Translations under genes and position numbers: made by a program
Shown here: piece after piece, positions 19,135-27,942 of the stretch
Position numbering within the stretch: position 1 is the first letter of the stretch
Layout: each line of letters starts with the position of its first letter
The notes under the pieces: model-generated
Seen by the model: the letters and a program-made list of their open reading frames with translations, nothing else
Databases searched by the model: none
Told to the model about the DNA's origin: nothing
Source: a virus
Taxonomy: Duplodnaviria; Caudoviricetes
Reading direction: 5' to 3' (one strand)
Length of the DNA stretch: 64,000 bases
IMG/VR virus record: IMGVR_UViG_3300027804_000069
Location: 1,353 to 65,352 of that record

Positions 19135-19733
19135 TTTCTGAATATTAACGCAATTACAACTAGTGCACCTAGTCCAATTCCACCGTAAATTAATAAATTT
19201 TTATTGATTCCACCTGCACTTTTTTCATCCTTTCCCATATCAAGACCAAGTAAATCATTTTTTGCTTTATCTACCGCTGTATCAGATACATTTGTGAGGG
19301 TATCTAAAAGAGCTTTCCTTTCAGCTTCCTTCTTTTGAGTTTCAGCTATGTTTACGCAATCGTACTGATTTCTTAACCTTTTAGCGTTGGCTTCAGCCTC
19401 TACTACAATTTTCATTTGAATAGGTAGTTCAAAGCCTCCACCTTGAGCCATTTGCTTAGTAATTCTTTCTCTCTCTACCATAGCATCTTGGAGTAAACTA
19501 TCTATTCCACCGCAGGTTTTGGTGTTATAACTAGCCCACTTTGCTCTTGCATCTTTCTCTACTTGAGCAACAGACGCTTTACGCTTTTGGCTTCCAAATA
19601 GGTTGTAAAAGTCTTCCTCGCCTGTAAATCCTAAATAACTTTTAGATTTTTCGTCTACAAAGCATCTGTCATTACCTACTCTTGAAGGAGCAAGAGCACC
19701 AAGCTCATTTTGTTCAATCATGTCTATAGCCAT
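19131..19733 (-). CDS. C-terminally anchored membrane protein with FTG-acidic and MAQGG motifs
   Basis: GFTGEEDFYNLFG; KQMAQGG; C-terminal TM. Confidence 0.8.
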   Translation of the reverse strand: MAIDMIEQNELGALAPSRVGNDRCFVDEKSKSYLGFTGEEDFYNLFGSQKRKASVAQVEKDARAKWASYNTKTCGGIDSLLQDAMVERERITKQMAQGGGFELPIQMKIVVEAEANAKRLRNQYDCVNIAETQKKEAERKALLDTLTNVSDTAVDKAKNDLLGLDMGKDEKSAGGINKNLLIYGGIGLGALVVIALIFRK

Positions 19734-19742
19734 AACCTAATT

Positions 19743-20252
19743 TTATATTGTATATGTTATTTTTTTAGCAGCCCAATCTTTATTTATATCAGTAACTCTG
19801 TAAGCGGTTAAGCCACCCCACTCGTTACCTAATTCCTTTTTAACATAAGTAAACAAATCCATCTTACCACCAACAGGAATACCAAAAGCATAGTCTTGAC
19901 GGCTACCGAAGGCTTTTATAAGTTTAGCAACATCTAAGTCGTTTTTCATCTTTTTTAAAGAATCTTGTACAGCTCCATAGTCATCACCAACAGCGAATTT
20001 CATACTATTGTATATTGTATTTGCTAGTGTATTATAGGTACTTTCAGGAAAAGTAGCTTTTTGAGATTTCTGTAGTTTAACTATTTCGGTATCAATGTTT
20101 CTACCTAATTCTGCATTTCTTTTCTCTTCCGCTGAAGGAAATACAATCGTGTAAAGTTTCTTTCCTACGAAAAATAAAGCAGCAGCACCACCTACTACAA
20201 CTAAACCTTTAGCCCATTGTGGTAATTCCTTATAATACTGATATACTTTCAT
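19743..20252 (-). CDS. N-terminally anchored membrane protein with helical (possibly annexin-like) domain
   Basis: TM at residues ~15-30; GDDYGAVQDSLKKMKNDLDVAKLIKAFG. Confidence 0.6.
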   Translation of the reverse strand: MKVYQYYKELPQWAKGLVVVGGAAALFFVGKKLYTIVFPSAEEKRNAELGRNIDTEIVKLQKSQKATFPESTYNTLANTIYNSMKFAVGDDYGAVQDSLKKMKNDLDVAKLIKAFGSRQDYAFGIPVGGKMDLFTYVKKELGNEWGGLTAYRVTDINKDWAAKKITYTI

Positions 20253-20264
20253 TTTAATTATTTT

Positions 20265-20522
20265 TTATCTTACTATTTTACCACCTTTGGTATTGTAGGT
20301 TTTACCCTCAAATTCAAATGTTGGAACATTGTTTTTTGCAGCTTTAGCCCAAGGTCTTAAAAAGTTCATTCCTACTAGTTTTTTTAAATCCTCTGCAGAA
20401 CCACCATAATTGTTTGTCTTTTTGATGGTTTTTACATAAGCGTTTTTAGAGAAAAACATATAGTAAGCTCCATAAGCCACTACTGCATAAAGTCCAACGT
20501 AAAAAACTACTTTTTTATTCAT
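20265..20522 (-). CDS. small N-anchored membrane protein
   Basis: MNKKVVFYVGLYAVVAYGAYYMFF. Confidence 0.75.
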   Translation of the reverse strand: MNKKVVFYVGLYAVVAYGAYYMFFSKNAYVKTIKKTNNYGGSAEDLKKLVGMNFLRPWAKAAKNNVPTFEFEGKTYNTKGGKIVR

Positions 20523-20524
20523 AA

Positions 20525-20914
20525 TTATTCTCCTATTTGATATTTAGCAAATACTTCCTTAGCCTCACTACTAATTTGTGCAATATTTTTAGTACCTACA
20601 TACTTATTTAATCTAGCGTCTAGTGCATCAGCTACCTTTTGTAACTCATCAACACTCATTAAATTAGCGTCTAATGCTTTTTTTAACCTGTCAAAAGTAG
20701 CTTTAGCTTCATCGTTTCTCCCCGTATTAGCATCCTTCGGACTACTTGCAAGAACTGATGGTAAATCACTATTAATTTTTGCTTTTAATGAATCTATTTT
20801 TTGTTTTGACGCTGAATCATCAGGAGATTGAGCTGTCTTTTTCTTTTGGTTATTAAAGTATAAATACAATAATACACCACCGATTGCTAAAGAAATTAAT
20901 ACTTTTTTATTCAT
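20525..20914 (-). CDS. small N-anchored membrane protein
   Basis: MNKKVLISLAIGGVLLYLYF. Confidence 0.75.
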   Translation of the reverse strand: MNKKVLISLAIGGVLLYLYFNNQKKKTAQSPDDSASKQKIDSLKAKINSDLPSVLASSPKDANTGRNDEAKATFDRLKKALDANLMSVDELQKVADALDARLNKYVGTKNIAQISSEAKEVFAKYQIGE

Positions 20915-20924
20915 AACTTATTTT

Positions 20925-21728
20925 TTAATTACCCGTTGCGTAAACGTCTTTTATTTTATATTCCTCAATATAGTCCTTAATGAACTTATCAATGATGTCG
21001 TATCTTAATTTGTTCTGCTGACTTGGATAGCCAATAAATGTTTCTCCAAATGCAGAATATGCCTCCTTAATAGGATAACCTAAACCTAAATAAATAGTAA
21101 GCCCATTTAAGTCAGCTTCAGTTTCGTTTGCTATATCACTATTTACATAGTAGTGGCTAAACTCATGTAGTAAAATAGCCATTCTCATAGGAATAGTGAA
21201 AGGCAAAAAGGCTTCTTGAGAAACCTGAATCCTACCATTCTTTGTACTTATTCTAGCAGGTGTAGCCATCTTCTGACCTTTACTGCTTATGATATAAGGC
21301 AAATATTCAATCTTGAAATTACCCGCTGCACTTACATAGTCTTTCTTTGCAGAAAGCCATCCCGCATTGTAGCAGAACTTTTGAGCAAAAGCCACAAAGT
21401 TTCTAACTAATGGGGTGTCCATTTTGGTTTGACCCAAAGTAATATCAAGCTCTTCTCTTTTAACTTCTAGTACCTCAAAAGTAGGGTCTTCACCTTTCTT
21501 TTGATTACCATTCTTTTCATTATAGATACTCAAAACGCAAGTATTAGGAGCTAAAGGCATCCTAACATATAAGTCCTGAGTTCCGTCTATTGTCTTCGTT
21601 CTATTAGTAAAATAAGTATTAGCCTGACCTGCGTCATATACCTTTAATACAATAACTTGAGGACTTGTGGTCTTCACTACAACCTTAACTCGGCATGGAG
21701 AATATCTCGTCCACAACTTATATTGCAT
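20925..21728 (-). CDS. HExxH zinc metallopeptidase-like protein
   Basis: ILLHEFSHYY followed by ETEAD (zincin third-ligand pattern). Confidence 0.75.
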   Translation of the reverse strand: MQYKLWTRYSPCRVKVVVKTTSPQVIVLKVYDAGQANTYFTNRTKTIDGTQDLYVRMPLAPNTCVLSIYNEKNGNQKKGEDPTFEVLEVKREELDITLGQTKMDTPLVRNFVAFAQKFCYNAGWLSAKKDYVSAAGNFKIEYLPYIISSKGQKMATPARISTKNGRIQVSQEAFLPFTIPMRMAILLHEFSHYYVNSDIANETEADLNGLTIYLGLGYPIKEAYSAFGETFIGYPSQQNKLRYDIIDKFIKDYIEEYKIKDVYATGN

Positions 21729-22362
21729 TTTTCATTTTTTTAGTTTCGCTAATTTTTCTTTTCCACTCTTCAGTTATAACTCTTCCTTTTAATGCTTTAC
21801 TAAGTTTCATGCTCTTTTCAGGACTTCTTAAAGTAGATTTACTTTCAGGATTTTCTAAAAAATGCTTTTTTACTGATTCACTTATTTTTTTCTTAGTCTC
21901 TTCACTTATTACTCTTGAAGCATTTGCCCTCATAGCTCCTTCGTACAATTTTTTCCTATGCTCTTCAGACAACTTTTTACCATACATAAAATTGTCTTTC
22001 CCCTTATTTTGACCTGTCCTTTTTTGCCCTATTTTTATTTTAGCCTCTTCACTATGCTTATAATTTACAGAACCATCCCCACCATCTGTCATATTAACTA
22101 AACAACCTTTTTTCAAATCTTTTCTGCCATAAAAGTCAATCAAATACTTTTCTATTACACAAGCCTCTTCGTTACATATATTCTTGTGACTTATAGTAAC
22201 TACATACCCATGTTTATTGACAATATTATGCCAATAGGTATTTCTATTCCTTTTAGAATTAGCCCTACCACACCCATTCTGATTCTTTTTCCCTTTACCA
22301 ATATAGAAGGGTATTTGTGAATCAGGTGTAAAATGCTGATATATAAAGTAGCTATATTGCAT
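21718..22362 (-). mobile_element. free-standing GIY-YIG homing endonuclease with NUMOD3 repeats
   Basis: FIYQH...FYIGKG, NMTDGGDG, KHSEEAKIKIG / KLSEEHRKKL / ISEETKKKIS. Confidence 0.85.
21719..22362. repeat. 10-bp direct repeat TATATTGCAT at 21719-21728 and 22353-22362
   Basis: Exact match; brackets the endonuclease ORF. Confidence 0.85.
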
Positions 22363-22657
22363 CAGTATATAGCGGGGTTTGTATTTTATCAGGATTTACA
22401 CGACTTCTGCGTTTTTGAGATTCCATAGCCTTTTCTTTTACCGCCTTACTTGCTTGTACGGGTGGTAAAACAACTTCAAAATCTTTCAAAAAAGCATTGG
22501 TATACTTTGATGACTCTACGTTAGTAGCATCAGCAATAACTTCTTTTACTTCAGCGTCTGTCATTAATTTTTTAGGGGCTTTATTCATGCCTCTATAATA
22601 TAAGTGAGCAGCTATGCCACCAATTAAGACACCTACGAGTACATCACCTAGTTTCAT
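22352..22657 (-). CDS. small N-anchored membrane protein
   Basis: VLVGVLIGGIAAHLYY. Confidence 0.75.
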   Translation of the reverse strand: MKLGDVLVGVLIGGIAAHLYYRGMNKAPKKLMTDAEVKEVIADATNVESSKYTNAFLKDFEVVLPPVQASKAVKEKAMESQKRRSRVNPDKIQTPLYTDAI

Positions 22658-22658
22658 A

Positions 22659-22964
22659 TTATTTCTTTTTCATTATTTGACGTGCAATAACAGCTAAAAC
22701 GATTATACCACCTACGATATACAAAGTTTTTACAGGCATCCCTAATACAGTCTTTCCCATATCTTTCTTTTTAGTTTTTATTTTGGTTAAAGTTAGATTG
22801 ATTTCCTCATTTAACCCACTATTTAAAGGAAATACTCCTTTAGTTTTTTCTCTCGTTAGCCACTCTGAGAAATTGAGTGTACCGCCATCTTCTTTATATT
22901 TTTTGAAAAGTTGATTAGCGGTAAGTTGTTGGTCTAAATCAATTTGATTTTCAGCCATATTCAT
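22659..22964 (-). CDS. small C-anchored membrane protein
   Basis: LYIVGGIIVLAVIARQIMKKK. Confidence 0.75.
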   Translation of the reverse strand: MNMAENQIDLDQQLTANQLFKKYKEDGGTLNFSEWLTREKTKGVFPLNSGLNEEINLTLTKIKTKKKDMGKTVLGMPVKTLYIVGGIIVLAVIARQIMKKK

Positions 22965-22966
22965 GT

Positions 22967-23419
22967 TTATTTTTTTACTAAGTACAAAGAAGACGCATAG
23001 CCGATAACTTTGCCACCATCTTCAGAAACTTCATGCCAACCTGCAACACTAGAAGGATTGCCATATAAAGTACTTTTATTTAGTACTTTTTTTACAAGCT
23101 CACCTTTAGCACTTGGGGTCTTTCTTATGTTTAGATTACCCCCTAAAGTTCTAACTTCATAGGCTTGTTTTTGCGTTCCTGTGTTTAAGAATGCAGCACC
23201 AAGTGGGTTCGTCAAAGCTAAATTAGCAGCGACTAAAGCCTTCTTTTGCTCTTCAGTCAATTCAGTAGATGTTGGAGCTGTTGGGTCTACAATGACTCCA
23301 CCGCCTTCTACTTTGCCTTCCACTTTATTAGGAAATAATTTACTTCTTAAAGCATATAAGATACCTCCTACTGCTACTACTGAAATTACCCCGATTAATA
23401 TTTTTGTATTCTTTTCCAT
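22967..23419 (-). CDS. membrane-anchored SH3b-domain protein
   Basis: N-terminal TM; NLNIRKTPS...GWHEV...GYASSLYL. Confidence 0.8.
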   Translation of the reverse strand: MEKNTKILIGVISVVAVGGILYALRSKLFPNKVEGKVEGGGVIVDPTAPTSTELTEEQKKALVAANLALTNPLGAAFLNTGTQKQAYEVRTLGGNLNIRKTPSAKGELVKKVLNKSTLYGNPSSVAGWHEVSEDGGKVIGYASSLYLVKK

Positions 23420-23646
23420 TATTCCTCTACTTTAGGTAATAGTAATTGTGATACCAAACCGCCTATGATAGCTCCTATAAACGCTGAAGAGACTAAATTG
23501 TATTGTCGGGAGTAGCCTATTAAAAGCCCTCCCGCCATTCCAATAAAGCCTCCTGTTATAGTGCCTTTAGTTTTTTTCAAAGCCATACTATCAGACTTTG
23601 ATTTAAGCTCTTTAGCTTTCTGTAACAATTCTGATGCTTCAGCCAT
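23419..23646 (-). CDS. glycine-zipper two-TM protein (start revised to ATG 23646)
   Basis: GGFIGMAGGLLIG and GAIIGGLVS. The upstream 9 codons in the track overlap the micro-ORF 23652..23753. Confidence 0.7.
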   Translation of the reverse strand: MAEASELLQKAKELKSKSDSMALKKTKGTITGGFIGMAGGLLIGYSRQYNLVSSAFIGAIIGGLVSQLLLPKVEE

Positions 23647-23651
23647 GTTTT

Positions 23652-23753
23652 TTATTTTTGTCCGCTTTTCCAACTTTTAGAAACTACATAAACTGTAACA
23701 CCTAGTGCTACAAGTCCTAAAGCATACGCTAGTAAATTTTTTCCGTTTTTCAT
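23652..23753 (-). CDS. 33-aa membrane micropeptide MKNGKNLLAYALGLVALGVTVYVVSKSWKSGQK
   Basis: Not in the track; fills the gap exactly; paralogue of 32361..32468. Confidence 0.8.
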   Translation of the reverse strand: MKNGKNLLAYALGLVALGVTVYVVSKSWKSGQK

Positions 23754-23755
23754 TT

Positions 23756-24160
23756 TTATGGATTGAATTGTGATAAAATACTTCTTTGAGGTCTGTTACT
23801 TACTGCACATCTGCATCTGTTTTGAATACCTTTACTATCTTGCATAGCAGCATCTGCATTCGCAAACAATGGAGCACCTACACCTCTGTCATAGATATTA
23901 GGTACTAAATTTTGAGCACTCATATAAATAGGAGGCTTTACACCACTTCCTAAAGCATTAATTGTAACAGGGTTTGCTGTTAAACCACTTGGTGTCGGTA
24001 GTGGAGCAGGATTTGGGTCAGGTATACCAACTATGATTGGTGGATTTTGATTTTTCAAATCAGAAACCTTTACATCTTTTTTCTTGCTGTAGTATCTTAA
24101 TAAAAGGATAGTACCTACTACCCCTGCACCAAACCATAATATTTTGTTATCAGTTGCCAT
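23756..24160 (-). CDS. N-anchored Pro-rich membrane protein
   Basis: ILWFGAGVVGTILLL; PxP tract. Confidence 0.75.
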   Translation of the reverse strand: MATDNKILWFGAGVVGTILLLRYYSKKKDVKVSDLKNQNPPIIVGIPDPNPAPLPTPSGLTANPVTINALGSGVKPPIYMSAQNLVPNIYDRGVGAPLFANADAAMQDSKGIQNRCRCAVSNRPQRSILSQFNP

Positions 24161-24162
24161 GA

Positions 24163-24894
24163 TTATTTCTTTTTTGCTTTTACAATCAATACGATAGCAG
24201 TAATAGCAACAAGCACACCTGCACCGATAATGATGTAAGTTGTAACACTTGTCTTTTCACTAGGAGGTAAGTCTGCATTCTTTTTTAATTCATCAGCCTT
24301 TTCTTGTAAAGCTAATGCTTGAGCATTTATATTATTAGCACTAGATTGAGTTCTACTACTAATTTTTTGTAGTCCTATTTGAATACCCGCATTAATTGTG
24401 TCTTCATTACTAAGTGATTTACCAATACTAGCTAATAAACGACCAACTCCCGTCTTTCCTTCAGGATTGTCTGCAGTTACTCTCGCTTTTTTCTTGGCAG
24501 CAGCAGCTTGAGCAGCAGCAGCTTTAGAAGCAGCTGAAGCAGCTTGAGCAGCAGGGTCTTTCTTTTTACCTAGACCAAAAATATTATAAAATTCGTCCTC
24601 GCCTGTGAATTGAAAATCATCAATTCCTGTAAATCCGAAATCTTGAGAAGTACCTACAAAAGATAAAGTTTCACCTGCTTCTTTTACCTTACTTGTAAGG
24701 AAAGTAGATAACTCATTTTTGAAGTTTGGGCTCTTTGCAGAAGCCATTAATACAGCAATAGTTACTTCTTTATCAGAAGCATTGTTACCGATTACAACTC
24801 CATTTCTTTTGAGTAGTCTTTCAAGACCATTCTTATCTGTAACGAGTGCGTAAGCTAATGCTTCCTCTGTTACTTGTAGTGCACTTACTGCCAT
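24163..24894 (-). CDS. C-anchored structural protein with tandem FTG-acidic motifs
   Basis: SFVGTSQDFGFTGIDDFQFTGEDEFYNIFG; C-terminal TM. Confidence 0.8.
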   Translation of the reverse strand: MAVSALQVTEEALAYALVTDKNGLERLLKRNGVVIGNNASDKEVTIAVLMASAKSPNFKNELSTFLTSKVKEAGETLSFVGTSQDFGFTGIDDFQFTGEDEFYNIFGLGKKKDPAAQAASAASKAAAAQAAAAKKKARVTADNPEGKTGVGRLLASIGKSLSNEDTINAGIQIGLQKISSRTQSSANNINAQALALQEKADELKKNADLPPSEKTSVTTYIIIGAGVLVAITAIVLIVKAKKK

Positions 24895-24909
24895 TTTATT
24901 TTATTTTAA

Positions 24910-25212
24910 TTATTTTTTATTTACATAGTACGTTACACCATAAATAGCAAGTGTAATACCAATTACCCATGCCCATTTTTGTCCTTTAGACATTCTTACA
25001 CCAAATAAGCCTTCAACTTCGCTTACAGGATTGCTTGGGTCATTTGGCAAAGGTGCACCTTCCATAGTTTCTTTATTCTGTGGTGGTGGTGAAAATTTGC
25101 TTTCATGCCTTTTCATGCAATCTTCAAAACTGCTATATTTACTTTTATCGTAACCATAGTTACAATATTGAAATTTTGCTTCCGCTGCATTTTGTGGTGC
25201 TCGTAGTGCCAT
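24910..25212 (-). CDS. small C-anchored membrane protein
   Basis: WAWVIGITLAIYGVTYYVNKK. Confidence 0.75.
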   Translation of the reverse strand: MALRAPQNAAEAKFQYCNYGYDKSKYSSFEDCMKRHESKFSPPPQNKETMEGAPLPNDPSNPVSEVEGLFGVRMSKGQKWAWVIGITLAIYGVTYYVNKK

Positions 25213-25217
25213 TGTAA

Positions 25218-25649
25218 TTATTTTTTAGTTGTTATGATTGCAAATGCAATTAAGATAGCACCTGCAAACATTAACATACCTGTTTCCGAAGTTAATTTTT
25301 TATTATCAGCCACTTGTTGAGCTGCTTGTACTTGAAGCTGACCTGAAAAGTTCATGTAAGATTCAAGAATATTTTTATTTGGGTTTGATGCAGAGCAAGT
25401 ACACCCTTCAGGCTTTTTGCCGAATTTCTTTTCGTAGTAATCCATGAACAAGTCTTTGTCAGGATTGTTTTCGATTATTTCCATTAAAATAGGTTCTCCC
25501 TCGATGGAAACAAGTTGCTGTAAAACAGATGAAAGAGGTTGGTCTCTGTCAAATTCGTAGCCATGTCTATGTGCCAACGATTTCACGAAATACGGATTCG
25601 CTGCAGCGGTGTATGCGTATATATTTACATTACTCGACATGATATGCAA
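25218..25649 (-). CDS. C-anchored membrane protein (start possibly 25640)
   Basis: MLMFAGAILIAFAIITTKK. Confidence 0.75.
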   Translation of the reverse strand: MHIMSSNVNIYAYTAAANPYFVKSLAHRHGYEFDRDQPLSSVLQQLVSIEGEPILMEIIENNPDKDLFMDYYEKKFGKKPEGCTCSASNPNKNILESYMNFSGQLQVQAAQQVADNKKLTSETGMLMFAGAILIAFAIITTKK

Positions 25650-25664
25650 TTTAATGAATTTAAA

Positions 25665-25714
25665 GTAAAAAAGGGCGAAGCTGATATAAAATCTGCTTCA
25701 GCCCTTTCTTTTTT
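25665..25714 (-). terminator. rho-independent terminator after the capsid candidate
   Basis: Minus strand AAGGGCTGAAGC...GCTTCGCCCTT followed by a T run. Confidence 0.8.
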
Positions 25715-25731
25715 ATTTTGTACCGCCTGAA

Positions 25732-26430
25732 TTAACGAGCAGCAGGTCTGATAATCTTTGGACTACCATATTGCTTAGATACAGGGTTTCCACCTAAACC
25801 ACGAGCAATATTGATGTTATCAGAAGGGTAGAATTGGAACTGAACACTTGAACTTGCGAACATAGTGAAAGTCAATTTAGTGAAGCCATCGATACGGAAA
25901 GGTTGTTTCAATTCGATAACACCACTTTGGTTCTGATAAGGGTCAATTACAGGAGTCAAGATTTTAACAGCTTGGTTACCGTTAGCGTCTTGAGTAGTTA
26001 ATGTAATTGGTTGTAACACTTGACTTGTTGTACCATTTACAGAGCTAATCAAAGTAGAACCGATTGTGAACGGAGATACACTTGATTGGTTAAGTAAGTT
26101 GTAATAAGTTGTGTTAGAAAGGTTTGATGTAATAGTTACGTTGTTTACAGTTAAAGAACCTGCAGAGAAACCTGCATTGTTCAAATAAACATACGCACCG
26201 AATACATCTACAGAAACTGCAGCGTTTGAAGCGTTAGAAACTGTGATGATGTAAGGCTGAGATTTCATCATTCCCGCTGCTGCCATAGGAGCTGCTGCAG
26301 GAGCTGCGTCTGCACCGAAGAAATCGTCAGCACCTGTGAAATAAGTTTCATCTGCGAAACCATCCACACCAATAAACTGCTCGTTCACTGAACGATTAGC
26401 TTGTTGTAAGTACTTTTGAATACTAGACAT
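25732..26430 (-). CDS. putative major capsid protein (jelly-roll-like, 232 aa)
   Basis: Beta-rich, no TM; 13 of 14 Phe codons are TTC; own terminator; next to the packaging ATPase. The fold is inferred, not demonstrated. Confidence 0.65.
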   Translation of the reverse strand: MSSIQKYLQQANRSVNEQFIGVDGFADETYFTGADDFFGADAAPAAAPMAAAGMMKSQPYIITVSNASNAAVSVDVFGAYVYLNNAGFSAGSLTVNNVTITSNLSNTTYYNLLNQSSVSPFTIGSTLISSVNGTTSQVLQPITLTTQDANGNQAVKILTPVIDPYQNQSGVIELKQPFRIDGFTKLTFTMFASSSVQFQFYPSDNINIARGLGGNPVSKQYGSPKIIRPAAR

Positions 26431-26487
26431 TGTTAATTAATTTATTTTTTTTAAAATTTTGTTTTGTTGTAGTTAGTTCCTTATGAA

Positions 26488-26595
26488 TTAAGCACCAATC
26501 TTAGCTTTGTCAAGCAACGGCTTAACTGCTAACATATAAAGGGCTACACCCGCTGTTACTACTAAAACTTTACCTGCAAGAGATTTGAAGTCCAT
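26488..26595 (-). CDS. 35-aa membrane micropeptide MDFKSLAGKVLVVTAGVALYMLAVKPLLDKAKIGA
   Basis: Not in the track; first gene of the capsid transcript; single TM. Confidence 0.8.
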   Translation of the reverse strand: MDFKSLAGKVLVVTAGVALYMLAVKPLLDKAKIGA

Positions 26596-26718
26596 TTTTT
26601 TCTAATTTAAGTTTTTAAGAATGATTGTGTATCAACTGAATACAGATTCAAATGACACACCAAACCTAACCACTTAATTTTAATTGATAATTATATTTAA
26701 TTACTTTGTTTACTACTA

Positions 26719-26776
26719 TTGTTTGTAGCAAAAGGCACTTATTTGATTTTTTATACTTGATTTGTTTGTAGCAAAA
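26719..26776. promoter_or_regulatory. 15-bp direct repeat TTGTTTGTAGCAAAA (26719-26733, 26762-26776) upstream of the capsid operon
   Basis: Exact repeat, 43-bp period, containing the TTTG-N3-CAAA dyad. Confidence 0.65.
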
Positions 26777-26810
26777 AAAATCCCCAATAGAATTAACTAT
26801 CAGGGATAAA
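26773..26810 (-). terminator. terminator after the ATPase gene
   Basis: Minus strand ATCCCTGATAG-loop-CTATTGGGGAT then T8. Confidence 0.7.
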
Positions 26811-26830
26811 ATCAAAAACAAAAAAGGGAA

Positions 26831-27652
26831 CTATCCAATATATTGAGCAAGTAGCCTTCTTTTAACTTCGGCTCTTGCGGTTGTGTCTGTGTATTTTTTC
26901 TTATTTTTCTCGTCTTTTAGAACCATGTAAGGATTGGTTAGTGCTCTAAAGTTTTCGCTGATGTATTGGTCTACAGCATCTTCAATCATTTCTTGGCTAT
27001 AGTTACCTCTGATATTTGATTCGTCCATGTCTACATAGCAGTAAAACCGCTTGTTTCCTGAATCGTATTGGTTATTCACCATGATTTCAGCAATACGCAT
27101 ATACTCGAACTTATCAGGGAATTTGTTTTTGTGTCTTTCAACTGATTCCACGTTTTTATGGAATCTTAATTGATTCAAATTTCCCCAAAGTTTAGTAACA
27201 ATTCTACCAATAGACTGATAAGACAGAATAATATCTAAACCAACGTGACGATTTGTTGCAATAGCACCCACCAAATCTGATGGCATATGGTCTCCAATAA
27301 ATTTAGAAGGGTCTTCAATTACCAAAAGACCATTTTTGAAAGTGCTTAAAACGTAAAATAGAGCCTGAGCCCATTCGTCCAAAGTCATTCTAGTTCCATT
27401 TGGATGAAAAGGTCTTATACGTCTTACTTCTACATGGGGGTGAACTGTAAATAAGCCTACGTCATTTAGTGACAAAGCTCTAATACCAAAGACACCATAC
27501 TCGTCATTTACGTCCATGACAAGTGCCTTACGACCTTTTATACCATGATAAGGGTCTCCTTCAACATATTTGTTTATGGTAATCATGTGAGCCCATGTCT
27601 TCCCCACACCTTTTTTACCAACTGCAGCCATTAATAAAGGTTCTCTTCCCAT
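26831..27652 (-). CDS. FtsK/HerA-superfamily genome packaging ATPase (A32/P9-like)
   Basis: Walker A GKKGVGKT, Walker B LLVIED, Arg-finger/sensor TNRHVGLDIILSYQ; no TM. Confidence 0.85.
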   Translation of the reverse strand: MGREPLLMAAVGKKGVGKTWAHMITINKYVEGDPYHGIKGRKALVMDVNDEYGVFGIRALSLNDVGLFTVHPHVEVRRIRPFHPNGTRMTLDEWAQALFYVLSTFKNGLLVIEDPSKFIGDHMPSDLVGAIATNRHVGLDIILSYQSIGRIVTKLWGNLNQLRFHKNVESVERHKNKFPDKFEYMRIAEIMVNNQYDSGNKRFYCYVDMDESNIRGNYSQEMIEDAVDQYISENFRALTNPYMVLKDEKNKKKYTDTTARAEVKRRLLAQYIG

Positions 27653-27653
27653 T

Positions 27654-27941
27654 TTAATTTTTAATTTCTTTTAGTGCCATTTCTATTCTATACGAATCGT
27701 AAACTTTTGAAAATGATATTCTCCTGATTGATATGTCACACATAGCAAAGTCATACTCTATTTTCATAAAGTTTTCCTTCTTTGTAAATACGGGAATTAC
27801 TTTACAATCTTCTACACAAATAATAAAATCGTCATCGTTTTCAACAGGGAAATAAATCTTATCTGATTCCTTATCAAACACACGAATAACACTCATTATT
27901 CTTTGCTTAAATTCAATCCATTCAGGGCTTTTAATTTTCAT
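27654..27941 (-). CDS. hypothetical protein
   Basis: Operon context. Confidence 0.55.
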   Translation of the reverse strand: MKIKSPEWIEFKQRIMSVIRVFDKESDKIYFPVENDDDFIICVEDCKVIPVFTKKENFMKIEYDFAMCDISIRRISFSKVYDSYRIEMALKEIKN

Positions 27942-27942
27942 C

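Noticed and set aside
21718-22362. Group I intron carrying the endonuclease
   Set aside because: The ORF abuts intact genes on both sides with no non-coding room for a ribozyme core.
26488-27652. Filamentous phage interpretation (Zot-like ATPase plus 35-aa coat-like peptide)
   Set aside because: The ATPase lacks the TM anchor of inovirus pI, no rolling-circle Rep is seen, the genome is far too large, and a lytic endolysin/holin cassette is present. Not formally excluded without a phylogeny.
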